A stretch of 53,747 nucleotides of DNA from Myxococcota bacterium (GTDB lineage: Bacteria > Myxococcota > JACRCW01): positions 1 through 53,747 of the forward strand of contig JBFMGU010000040.1 of the NCBI GenBank assembly GCA_040752415.1, read 5' to 3'. The notes beneath the pieces are model-generated. The model was not told where the DNA came from. It worked only from the letters and a program-made list of their open reading frames with translations, and ran no database searches. The position numbers and the translations under genes are program-made. Every line of letters starts with the position of its first letter. Positions within the stretch are counted from its first letter, which is position 1. Positions 1 to 8,562 of the stretch are shown in pieces.

Positions 1-774
1 GCTCGCAGGCGCAGGTCGTGGGGACGGCGCGGGGGGAGTGGGGGGAGCGGGAGCGGGGGAAGGTGGCGGCGCGGTGAGCGCGCTCAGGGCCGCTTCACAC
101 TGCTGCGGGGTGAGGGGAACCTCCAGCGGGTGGGTGCCATCTCCAGCGCGGGACAGCGGCACACCATTGTCGCGACGCGCTTCCAGGACGATCTCCAGCT
201 TTCCCTTCTTGAGCGCGTTCTCCCAGATGGCACGGTCCCCGATGATGGCCGTGCCCTCCTGTTTCTCCAGGGTCAGGTCAAAGGAGCGATACGTGGGAGT
301 GCCCGCGGGACGCGCAAAGAGCACCAGCCTGGCCACCGCGTCGATGGGCCCGGAGAGGGGCACGGTGATGTTGGCGCCGCGCAACGTGGGAAGGCCAAAG
401 GTCACGCCATTCTGCTGCTGGTAGAGGCGTGCGCGGGCGCTGAAGGCGGCGCGCAGGTCCGGCGGGGTTTCCATCCGGTCCGGCGCGTAGAGCGGACGGA
501 TGCGCAGCAGCGCGTCAAAGGCATCATCCGCCGCGCGCGGACGACCCAGGCCATACAACGAAGCACCCGAGTACCAGTGGATGACGACGAGGTCGTCCTC
601 GTCCACCTCGGCGGCGCGCTGGGCCTCGGTCAGGCGATAGAGCGCGGTGCGCAGGTCTCCATCCAGGTAGGCTGCCCGGCCATCCGCAACCTCCTTCTTC
701 ACGTTGGCGGCAAGCACCGAACCCGTTGCCAGGCTCAGGGCCAGGACCGCGAGGTGTCTCTTCCATGGCGTCAT
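1..774 (-). CDS. Secreted TPR-like protein with Pro-rich linker (3' end outside window)
   Basis: Read manually on the minus strand (absent from ORF track): MTPWKRHLAVLALSLATGSVLAANVKKEVADGRAAYLDGD...WYSGASLYGLGRPRAADDAFDALLRIRPLYAPD...TPP; signal peptide, TPR-like helices, open to position 1. Confidence 0.75.
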   Translation of the reverse strand, partial: MTPWKRHLAVLALSLATGSVLAANVKKEVADGRAAYLDGDLRTALYRLTEAQRAAEVDEDDLVVIHWYSGASLYGLGRPRAADDAFDALLRIRPLYAPDRMETPPDLRAAFSARARLYQQQNGVTFGLPTLRGANITVPLSGPIDAVARLVLFARPAGTPTYRSFDLTLEKQEGTAIIGDRAIWENALKKGKLEIVLEARRDNGVPLSRAGDGTHPLEVPLTPQQCEAALSALTAPPPSPAPAPPTPPAPSPRPAPAS

Positions 775-997
775 GCTGCCCCCCACGGCGTCACTTCGCG
801 GGACTGTAGGGTGGGTTTCGCCCCCGACGCAAACGTCTCGCGTCTCAAGACGACGTCACCACGCCGCTGCATTCCATGTCGTGGCCGGAAGTGCCAGGCC
901 CGTTGTCCTTTGATGGGGAGGATGGCTCGCACGGTCCAGGACACGGCGCAGAGGCTCCTCCCCGGACCTTCCCCTCCATCGCGCCAGCCCTTCCTAA

Positions 998-1293
998 GGG
1001 GCTGAGTCAAGATAGGTTAGCCCATCTGGTCCTGATCGCCTCCAGTGGACCGCGACCTGGAGTGCGGCGGGCCCTCGCCGCCCTGGTCAGCGTCGCGCGG
1101 TTTGGACAACTGTCAAGGGTCCACGCGCCACGAGGCAGAGCCTCGCCCGACGTCATGGAGCCCCAGGGCTTGTTCGGCCCGTTGTGAACGCGCTCGGCGC
1201 TGGCCAGGGCGGCGAGGGCCCGCCGCACTCCAGGTCGTGGTCCGCTCACGACGTCCGCAACCCCAACTGGGCATCTTGTTCTCACGCAGCCCC
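998..1293. mobile_element. Putative MITE (296 bp): imperfect terminal inverted repeats GGGGCTG...CAGCCCC, TAA direct flanks, long internal hairpin
   Basis: TAA at 995-997 and 1294-1296; ends GGGGCTGAGTCAAGATAGGTTAGCCCATCTGG vs reverse complement GGGGCTGCGTGAGAACAAGATGCCCAGTTGG; internal 52-bp inverted repeat 1044-1095/1195-1246. Confidence 0.6.
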
Positions 1294-1548
1294 TAACCCC
1301 TTAGGCCGCCAGCAAGCGCATGTCTTGAGCTTTGGGGAAGGAGAACGCCCGCGCTCGAGATCTTCGTCGTGGTGCGGATGTCGTGGTGGCAGGTTTCTCG
1401 GGGTCTACTGTGGGTGTCGTTTCCCATGGTCTCCATGCAGGACATCAGCGTTACGCACGCAACGCTCTCTGATCGTCGAGGCCGGGCAACAATCAGAACC
1501 TGATGGCCAATGATGGCGACGATTCGCCCTGATTGCAGTGGTTCCCAT

Positions 1549-1734
1549 TCAGATTGACCGGGGAACCAGGCCTGCACCGGGATCTGCCGCGACGCCACGG
1601 CGGGCCGCCGGAGCCACGTTCACGCCGCACACCAGCAGCCATCCCCCGATGCAGATCTCGAAGAGAGTGCCCGGCGCAAAGACCCAGACCGGCCATTGGG
1701 CAAGGCTCGGCGTCAGGCGGAATTCCGTCGTCAT
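1549..1734 (-). pseudogene. Internally deleted remnant of a DUF4386-like membrane protein
   Basis: ATG overlaps the upstream dehydrogenase stop (ATGA), then only a C-terminal-type helix PGTLFEICIGGWLLVCGVN; DUF4386 genes commonly follow this dehydrogenase type. Confidence 0.45.
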
Positions 1735-2705
1735 GCCGCCAGGGTGACAATGACGTTTCCCCGCTTGTGCCCGGTGTCCACGTGACGGTGCGCGTCGGCC
1801 ATCTGCTCGAACGGGTAGCGCCGATCGATGACCGGTTTGAACTCTCCCGCCTCCGCCAACGCGGCCAGGAAACGCAACTCCTCCGCACTGCCGGCCGCGG
1901 GCCCGGCGATGACCTTCTTGTTGCTGGTCAGCGACACCCAGGGCGCCTGGAGCAGTTCACCCAGCCCGGCCAGAACCAGCAAGAGACGACCGCCGTCACC
2001 CAGCGCATGTTGGCTGCGGGAAAACGGGGCCGTGCCCGTCGTGTCGACGATGACGTCGTAGGTCCCGCCGTTCGCCAGGAAATCTTCTTTCGTGTAGTCC
2101 ATGACGCGGTTGGCGCCGAGGGACCGCACCAGTTCCACGTTGGCGGTGCTGCACACGCCGGTGACCTCCGCACCAAAGTGCCTGGCCAGCTGCACCGCCG
2201 CGGTGCCTACTCCTCCCGAGGCGCCAACAATGAGCACCCGTTCCCCGCGCTGAAGACGTGCTCTCCGGAAGAATGACAGAGCCGTGGTTCCGCCAAAGGA
2301 CATGGCCGCGGCTTCCTCCCACGTCAGGTTTGCCGGCTTGCGCGCCACCGCAGCGTCTTCCGGCATACACTTGTACTCGGCGTGACAGCCCATGCCCGCG
2401 CCAGCGTACGCAAAGACGTGATCACCCACCCTGAACGCGCGCACGTCCCTGCCCACCGCTTCGACTTCACCGGCAAGCTCGGTCCCCAGGACGGGTTGTC
2501 TGGGTCGGGTGAACCCAAAAACCAGGCGCCCCAGCGGACCAAAGCCCGCGGGCAATTGCAGACTTCGCGCCCGCCAATCCCCGGCGGTGACCGTGGTGGC
2601 GCGGACCCTGATCAGGACTTCATTGTCCCTGGGCGCAGGCTTTGCCACCTCCTTCAGCTCAAGGACATCCGGCGCTCCGTATCTCTCGTACACAATCGCT
2701 TTCAT
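1731..2705 (-). CDS. NAD(P)-dependent alcohol dehydrogenase / quinone oxidoreductase (MDR family)
   Basis: MKAIVYERYGAPDVL, VLIVGASGGVGTAAVQLARHFGAEVTGVCS, PVIDRRYPF...GHKRGNVI; RBS GAGGAGG. Confidence 0.95.
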   Translation of the reverse strand: MKAIVYERYGAPDVLELKEVAKPAPRDNEVLIRVRATTVTAGDWRARSLQLPAGFGPLGRLVFGFTRPRQPVLGTELAGEVEAVGRDVRAFRVGDHVFAYAGAGMGCHAEYKCMPEDAAVARKPANLTWEEAAAMSFGGTTALSFFRRARLQRGERVLIVGASGGVGTAAVQLARHFGAEVTGVCSTANVELVRSLGANRVMDYTKEDFLANGGTYDVIVDTTGTAPFSRSQHALGDGGRLLLVLAGLGELLQAPWVSLTSNKKVIAGPAAGSAEELRFLAALAEAGEFKPVIDRRYPFEQMADAHRHVDTGHKRGNVIVTLAA

Positions 2706-2739
2706 GCATCCTCCTCAAGGGTTGCTTGATTCTCCGCGC

Positions 2740-3414
2740 CTACTTCCTGGCAAGCGTGACGATGTTCCGGACGACCTTGGTGGCGGAGTCGGGGAACGAG
2801 GCCTTGATCAGCCAGAGTGGAACGTTCATCGCCGGGGACATTGCTGCGTTGAGCGTCACCTCGGTTTGGCCGTTCCCCAGGTCCTTGAACCGATACGTCA
2901 TGTTGTAGAGACTGAAGCGCTTGACGCCCTTCTTCTCGTATAGGGAGGGCGCGGCAGTCTGGGTGAATACCGCCGTCTTCTCCGTTGCGTCCTCCGCCAG
3001 CGTCATCCTGGCGACGATGTCGGAGTCCGGTATCGGTCCCGGCGCGCTGAGGTAGTAGTAGACAATCCATTCGTTGTCGGAGACGGTCTTCACCTTCTCG
3101 CTGGCATCCGCGATGGCGAGATCCTTGTGCCGTGACACGTCCTTCATCAGCGCCACGCACTTCTGCATGCTCACGTTGTCAGTGGTGGTGACCACGTACT
3201 CGATCAAGGGCACGCGAGAACCGTTCTCGTCGGTGCGTTCCGTGACGTGGTACTTCACGGTGGTCTTGCCGTTGTCAGTCTGGGTGGTGCTCCACGCCTT
3301 GGTCTGAGCCCCGACGTCGGCGCCCAGGCCCACTGCACAAACCAGCAATCCAATCTGCAGTGGCCGCTTGGAACCGGGCCACGCCATTCCCTCGTTCTTC
3401 CGGGTGCTGTTCAT
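2740..3414 (-). CDS. Secreted START/SRPBCC-like lipid-binding protein
   Basis: Signal peptide; YYYLSAPGPIPDSDIV and SPAMNVPLWLI resemble the START fold. Confidence 0.7.
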   Translation of the reverse strand: MNSTRKNEGMAWPGSKRPLQIGLLVCAVGLGADVGAQTKAWSTTQTDNGKTTVKYHVTERTDENGSRVPLIEYVVTTTDNVSMQKCVALMKDVSRHKDLAIADASEKVKTVSDNEWIVYYYLSAPGPIPDSDIVARMTLAEDATEKTAVFTQTAAPSLYEKKGVKRFSLYNMTYRFKDLGNGQTEVTLNAAMSPAMNVPLWLIKASFPDSATKVVRNIVTLARK

Positions 3415-3453
3415 CTCTCGCTCCTCCTGTTGGTGGGGTTGTCCGCCCGGGCC

Positions 3454-3497
3454 CTTACGATGTAAGCCAAACTAGCCTTACGCCGTAAGTCTGTCAA
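3454..3497 (-). promoter_or_regulatory. Sigma70-type promoter with two CTTAC-N3-GTAAG operators
   Basis: Minus strand TTGACA (3497-3492), 17 bp, TAGTTT (3474-3469); palindromes CTTACGATGTAAG 3454-3466 and CTTACGCCGTAAG 3477-3489. Confidence 0.8.
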
Positions 3498-3877
3498 CCT
3501 GGATCTTGGGTACGGCTCCCGCGCGTTGCGCAGCCGGGTTCGGGCAGCAGGCACCCTGGGACGCCGACGCCCGCAGTGGGTCACAACCGTGCATCCGCGC
3601 GGAGTGGCCTGGGCGGCCGGAAGCAAAGGCGGATCACGCGGCTGAAGCGCCCCCGACCGGCAGACAGCTGCCGTGTGGAACACCCACGGAGGGCGGAAGA
3701 CCCTGTCCCGTGCCCTCGCCGCAGGTCATCGGCCGCGTTCCCACCTGGATAGGAAGACATCCGAACATTTCGTCAGGATCGGATCCCTAAGCTCGACCGC
3801 TTGCCAATTCCGAGGCCTCGTAGGAGGCTGCCGCGTCGACCGGGAACAGTCCGTGGAGACGACTTGTCGACGGGGGA

Positions 3878-4123
3878 ATGCCCATGACCTCGAGCCTGAT
3901 CCTCACGGAAGCAGACCGCGCGGCCATGCGCGAAAACTGGCCAACCTTCGAGCCGATTCGGGAGCGGAGGCAGGGGACAGGCGCAAGGTCCGCGCCGGGA
4001 CGGAGGTGTTCCAGCGCATGGTGCAGGGCATCACCCCGGCGCAGATGGCGGAGCGGGAGGGAGCGCCACCACGGCCTGGCGGCCCTGCGACGCCACGCAG
4101 AAAAGGTCCGGTATGACGACTGA
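3878..4123 (+). pseudogene. Collapsed rsbR(5')-rsbS(3') stressosome remnant
   Basis: LTEADRAAMRENWPTFEPI and, in another frame, FQRMVQGITPAQMAERE resemble RsbR N-terminal domains; GLAALRRHAEKVRYDD* overlaps the rsbT start as an RsbS C-terminus would; no STAS domain remains. Confidence 0.5.
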
Positions 4124-4520
4124 AACCCGCGTGCGCGTCTACCATGAGGCCGACATCCTGGCGGCGCGTCAGACCGGGAAGGACCTGGCCACGCGGCTTC
4201 CCTTCTCCCGCGTGGACCTCACGCTCATTGCCACCGCCATCTCCGAGGTGGCGCGCAACATGATCTCCTACGCGCAGGGTGGGGAGATGACCTTCGTGAT
4301 CGTGGCGGATGGCCCACGCTCCGCCCTGCGCGTCACCGCGCGTGACTCCGGGCCGGGCATTCCCGACGTGGAGTTGGCCATGCAGGACGGTTATTCCACC
4401 GGTGGCGGGCTGGGCCTGGGGCTCCCGGGAGCGCGCCGACTCATGGACGAGTTCTCCATTGAGTCCCGCGTGGGTGTGGGCACCACCATTGTCATGACCA
4501 AGTGGGCCGATGGCCGATGA
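4113..4520 (+). CDS. rsbT: Anti-sigma regulatory factor, Ser/Thr kinase RsbT
   Basis: IATAISEVARNM, DSGPGIPDVELAMQDGYSTGGGLGLGLPGARRLMDEFSIES...GTTIVMTKW. Confidence 0.92.
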   Translation: MTTETRVRVYHEADILAARQTGKDLATRLPFSRVDLTLIATAISEVARNMISYAQGGEMTFVIVADGPRSALRVTARDSGPGIPDVELAMQDGYSTGGGLGLGLPGARRLMDEFSIESRVGVGTTIVMTKWADGR

Positions 4521-4630
4521 AAGGGCGCGGACACGCCGGAAGAGACCGCGGAGCGCATCCTGGCCACCCACGCCAGCGGCCAGGACGACGCGTTGACGCT
4601 GGTGGCGCGCTACCGGGGGAGCCCGCATGA
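4510..4630 (+). pseudogene. C-terminal remnant of RsbX/SpoIIE-type PP2C phosphatase
   Basis: Frame from 4530 reads DTPEETAERILATHASGQDDALTLVARYRG, a PP2C C-terminal DD motif; the ATG at 4510 is out of frame and the gene body is missing. Confidence 0.65.
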
Positions 4631-6462
4631 GCAGACCCACGGCCATACAGGCGGCGTATCACCACGCGCTGGTGGCAAGCCAGGAGGGCGCCCGGGAAGC
4701 GGACCTGCAGCGGGCCTACCAGCTGGGACGACGCGCGGTCTCGGAAGGGCTGGGCATCCTGGACGTCCTGGCGCTGCACGAGGAGGTCATCCACACCAGC
4801 CTGGTGGGCAGCGACGGCGCCGAGCTGCGGCGACGGGCCTGGGACCTGCTGGCCGAGGTGCTGGCCCCCTTCGAGATGGCGCTGCGCGGTTTCCGTGAAG
4901 CCAATGAGGCACTGCGCTCCCTCAACGTCACGCTGGAGGAGCGCGTGGCCAGGCGCACCGCGGAGCTGCGTGCCGCCGAGTCGCGCCTGCGCACGCTGGT
5001 GGAGCAGCTGCCCGCCGTCACCTACGTGGTCACCCCGGAGCTGCCCGGCCGCGTGGTGTACATGAGCCCGCAGGTGGAGCGGGTCCTGGGATTCTCCGTC
5101 GGGGAATGGACCGGCACGCCGGAGCGGTGGACGCAACAACTCCACCCGGACGACCGTGACCGCGTGCTTACGACGCTGGAGCATGCCCTCTCCGCCCGCG
5201 CGCCCTTCACCAGTGAGTACCGGATGTTCACCCGGGACCAACGCGTCATCTGGTTGCGCGACGAGGCGGTCTTCCTCCCCGACGCCACCTCCTACCGCCA
5301 GGGCCTCCTCACCGACGTGACGCAGCGCCGGGAGCTGGAGGAGCAGACGCGCCATGCGCAGAAGATGGAGAGCGTGGGTCGGCTGGCCGGCGGCGTGGCC
5401 CATGACTTCAACAACCTGCTCTCCATCATCCAGGTCAACGCCCAGCTGGGCCTGGAGGACGTGGGCCGGGACCACCCCGCGCGCGCCAGCCTGGAGGAGA
5501 TCACGCTCACCACCACGCGCGCCGCCACGCTGACGCGCCAGCTCCTGTTGTTCGCGCGGCGACAGCCGGTGCAGCCGGTGGCGCTCGACGTCAACCACGC
5601 GCTCCACGAGATGCACCGCCTGCTGCCCCGCCTGCTGGGGGAGGACGTCGTCCTGGAGATGGACCTGGGGCCCGGCCTTGGCACCACGCACATGGACCCC
5701 GGCCACTTCGAGCAGGTGGTGATGAACCTGGCGGTCAACGCGCGCGACGCCATGCCGCAGGGCGGCCGGATCACCATCCGCACCCGCAGCGACCGGCAAG
5801 TTGCGCCCGGCGGAGAGCAGGCCTGGGTGCTGCTGGAGGTGCGGGACACCGGGACGGGCATGACTCCCGACGTCATGGAGCACATCTTCGAGCCGTTCTT
5901 CACCACCAAGGAGAAGGGACGCGGCACCGGGCTGGGGCTGGCCACCTGCTACGGCATCATCCAGGAGGCCGGCGGAGACATCCGCGTGACCAGCGCGCCC
6001 GGTCAGGGCACCACCCTCCACGTCCGGCTCCCCTGCCATGACGGGCCGGCCACCAGCCCCAGCGCCACCAACGCCACGAGCACGTTGCCGCGCGGCACGG
6101 AGACGGTGCTGCTGGTGGAGGACGACGAGTCCTTGCGGGCCGCCACCGCGCGTACCCTGCACCGCCTGGGCTACACGGTGCTGGCCGCCGGCGACGGAGA
6201 GAGTGCGCTGCGGCTGCTGGCGCCGGACCCGCACCGCGTGCAGGTGATGCTGTGTGACGTGATCATGCCGGGGATGGACTGTTCCACGCTGGTGCAACGC
6301 GTACGCACGCAACACCCCCACGTGCGCGTCCTGCTCATGAGCGGCTACACCGACCGCGCGCTGACCGTGCACGACCTGGCGCAGACCGGCGAGCCGCTGC
6401 TGTCCAAACCCTTCACGGTGGAGACGCTGGCGCACCGGCTGCGGAACCTCCTGGACCGCTGA
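4627..6462 (+). CDS. Hybrid histidine kinase: RsbU_N - PAS - HisKA/HATPase - receiver
   Basis: AYQLGRRAVSEGLGILDVLALHEE (RsbU N-terminal-like), LHPDDRDRV PAS, GGVAHDFNNLL, FEPFFTTKEKGRGTGLGL, VLLVEDD...DVIMPGM...KPF. Confidence 0.93.
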   Translation: MSRPTAIQAAYHHALVASQEGAREADLQRAYQLGRRAVSEGLGILDVLALHEEVIHTSLVGSDGAELRRRAWDLLAEVLAPFEMALRGFREANEALRSLNVTLEERVARRTAELRAAESRLRTLVEQLPAVTYVVTPELPGRVVYMSPQVERVLGFSVGEWTGTPERWTQQLHPDDRDRVLTTLEHALSARAPFTSEYRMFTRDQRVIWLRDEAVFLPDATSYRQGLLTDVTQRRELEEQTRHAQKMESVGRLAGGVAHDFNNLLSIIQVNAQLGLEDVGRDHPARASLEEITLTTTRAATLTRQLLLFARRQPVQPVALDVNHALHEMHRLLPRLLGEDVVLEMDLGPGLGTTHMDPGHFEQVVMNLAVNARDAMPQGGRITIRTRSDRQVAPGGEQAWVLLEVRDTGTGMTPDVMEHIFEPFFTTKEKGRGTGLGLATCYGIIQEAGGDIRVTSAPGQGTTLHVRLPCHDGPATSPSATNATSTLPRGTETVLLVEDDESLRAATARTLHRLGYTVLAAGDGESALRLLAPDPHRVQVMLCDVIMPGMDCSTLVQRVRTQHPHVRVLLMSGYTDRALTVHDLAQTGEPLLSKPFTVETLAHRLRNLLDR

Positions 6463-6599
6463 AGGCCCGCCTCGTGCCACTTCATGACGAGGTGGCCCCA
6501 CCCGGCACGTCCCTGACGCGGGCGCGGACCACACCGCTCGCACTGGCGCCCATCCCGGGTATCCTGCGGGAGCGCCACGACGGAGGGACGGGAGCAGGG

Positions 6600-7130
6600 A
6601 TGGCCAGCCGCTACACGTTCACGGAGTATTCGCCGGAATGGCCGGCCCGGTTCGCGCGGGAGGCCGAGCGCCTGGGAGCCCTCCTCGGCGAGGAGCTCGT
6701 CGGCATCCATCACATCGGCAGCACCTCGGTCCCGGGCCTGGCCGCCAAGCCCATCATCGACCTGCTTCCGCTCGTCCGCGACCTCACGCGCATGGACGAA
6801 CACAACGCGAAGCTGCAGGCCGCCGGCTACCAGGCGTGGGGGGAGTGTGGTCTCCCCGGACGACGCTATTTCACCCGCGATCACGACGGGTACCGCACCC
6901 ACAACATCCACATCTACCAGGTCGACGACCCGCAGGTGGACCGGCACCTGGCCTTCTGCGCCTACCTGCGTGAGCACGAAGGAGCCCGAAGGGAATACGA
7001 AGCGCTGAAGCGCCAGGTCTATGCGCTCCACCCCGACGACATTGCCGCGTACAACCACGGCAAGGACGCCTGGATCAAACAGCTCGAGCAGCTTGCGCTG
7101 CCGTGGTACCGCCAGCGGAAAGAACCATGA
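6600..7130 (+). CDS. GrpB family (UPF0157) protein
   Basis: YSPEWPARFARE, HHIGSTSVPGLAAKPIID, HLAFCAYLR...YEALK...YNHGK. Confidence 0.92.
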   Translation: MASRYTFTEYSPEWPARFAREAERLGALLGEELVGIHHIGSTSVPGLAAKPIIDLLPLVRDLTRMDEHNAKLQAAGYQAWGECGLPGRRYFTRDHDGYRTHNIHIYQVDDPQVDRHLAFCAYLREHEGARREYEALKRQVYALHPDDIAAYNHGKDAWIKQLEQLALPWYRQRKEP

Positions 7131-8512
7131 CCGCACTCCACGAATGCACCGCCACCCAGCTCGCGGCGCTGGTCCGGTCCGGCCAGGTGTCGTGCCGGGA
7201 GGTGGTGGAAGCGCACCTGGCCCGCATCGAGAAGACCAATGACGACATCAACGCGGTGACGGTGGTGCTGCGCGACCCGGCGCTGGCGGCGGCGGATGCG
7301 GCGGATCGTCGTCGTGGGGATGGGCCGCTGCGCGGCGTGCCGTTCACCATCAAGGAGGACCTGGACTGCGTGGGCTCTCCCACCACGCACGGCGTTCGTG
7401 CGTTGAGCCAGGCCCTGCCCTATCTGGATGCACCCGCCGTGAAGCGCCTCAAGGCCGCGGGGGCCATTTCGCTGGCGCGCACCAACACCTCCGAGATGGG
7501 ACTGCGGCTGTGCACGGACAATCCCTTGCGCGGTCGGACGCGGAATCCCTGGAACCGGGCGCTCACCGTGGGTGGCTCCAGCGGAGGGGATGCCGCCGCG
7601 GTGGCCACGGGAATGACGCCACTGGGACTGGGCGGAGACATGGGTGGCTCCTTGCGCGCGCCGGCCCACTGCTGCGGGGTGGCCACGTTGAAACCCACCA
7701 CGGGTCGTATTCCCTACGCGTCGTCGCTGGAGCCGCAGGACTTCGGGATGGCGGGGCAGCTCATGCTGGCGCCCGGCCCCCTGGCGCGCTCGGTGGCGGA
7801 TCTCTCCCTGGTCCTCTCCGTGCTGGCGGGACGGGACATCCGGGACCCGCGCTCCGTCGACGCACCGTTGCGCGGCCCACCACCGGAGGAGCTGCGTGCC
7901 GCGCTGGTGACCTCGCTCCCCGGCGCCCGGCTTCCCGACGAGACCGTGGCCGCCATCCGCCGCGCCGGCGCGCTGCTGGAAGCGGCGGGATGGACGGTGG
8001 AAGAGGACGCGCCGCCGGAGGTGGACCGCGTGGGTGAGGTCTGGTTGAAGCTGGTGGCCACCGACTACTCCGTCGTCATGCCGCTGTTGCAGCCGGTGGT
8101 GTCCGCGCCGCTGTATGAGCACATGCTGCGTGTGTGCGCCGCCGCCGAGCTGGAGAAGGCGTCCAACCACCGCATCCACGCCGAGCGCTCCCGGCTGATG
8201 CGCGCGTGGTCGGGTTTCCTGACGGAGTACACCGTCGCCATTGGCCCCAACTGGGGAACCGCGGTGTGGCCGGTGGATTCCGACCTGGACCCGCGGCGGG
8301 GGCTGGAGCTGCTGAAGGACACCACGCGCTTCATGCTGCCGGGGAACGCGCTGGGCTTGCCGTGCGTGGCGCTGCCCACCGGCGTGGTCAACGGCCTGCC
8401 CACCAGCATCCAGATCTACGCCGACCTGTGGCGTGAGGATCTCTGCCTCGACGCCGCCGCGATCATCGAGCAGGGCGTGCGGATGAAGATGCCCATGGAC
8501 CCCGTCCGCTGA
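7127..8512 (+). CDS. Amidase (amidase signature family)
   Basis: GVPFTIKE, GGSSGGDAAAVATG, GGDMGGSLRAPAHCCG; ATGA overlap with the upstream gene. Confidence 0.95.
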   Translation: MTALHECTATQLAALVRSGQVSCREVVEAHLARIEKTNDDINAVTVVLRDPALAAADAADRRRGDGPLRGVPFTIKEDLDCVGSPTTHGVRALSQALPYLDAPAVKRLKAAGAISLARTNTSEMGLRLCTDNPLRGRTRNPWNRALTVGGSSGGDAAAVATGMTPLGLGGDMGGSLRAPAHCCGVATLKPTTGRIPYASSLEPQDFGMAGQLMLAPGPLARSVADLSLVLSVLAGRDIRDPRSVDAPLRGPPPEELRAALVTSLPGARLPDETVAAIRRAGALLEAAGWTVEEDAPPEVDRVGEVWLKLVATDYSVVMPLLQPVVSAPLYEHMLRVCAAAELEKASNHRIHAERSRLMRAWSGFLTEYTVAIGPNWGTAVWPVDSDLDPRRGLELLKDTTRFMLPGNALGLPCVALPTGVVNGLPTSIQIYADLWREDLCLDAAAIIEQGVRMKMPMDPVR

Positions 8513-8562
8513 CCGTCACTGCGTGCTTCACGAAGCGGGTGGTCTATTAGGTCCGTTCCTAA

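Noticed and set aside
998..1310. GTTAG/CTAAC motifs suggesting an integron attC site
   Set aside because: Their order is opposite to attC, no integron integrase or cassette array is present, and the TAA-flanked terminal repeats explain them better.
1293..1598. 101-aa minus-strand ORF next to the MITE
   Set aside because: No recognisable motif or RBS and atypical codon use; it cannot be supported as a gene or transposase remnant.
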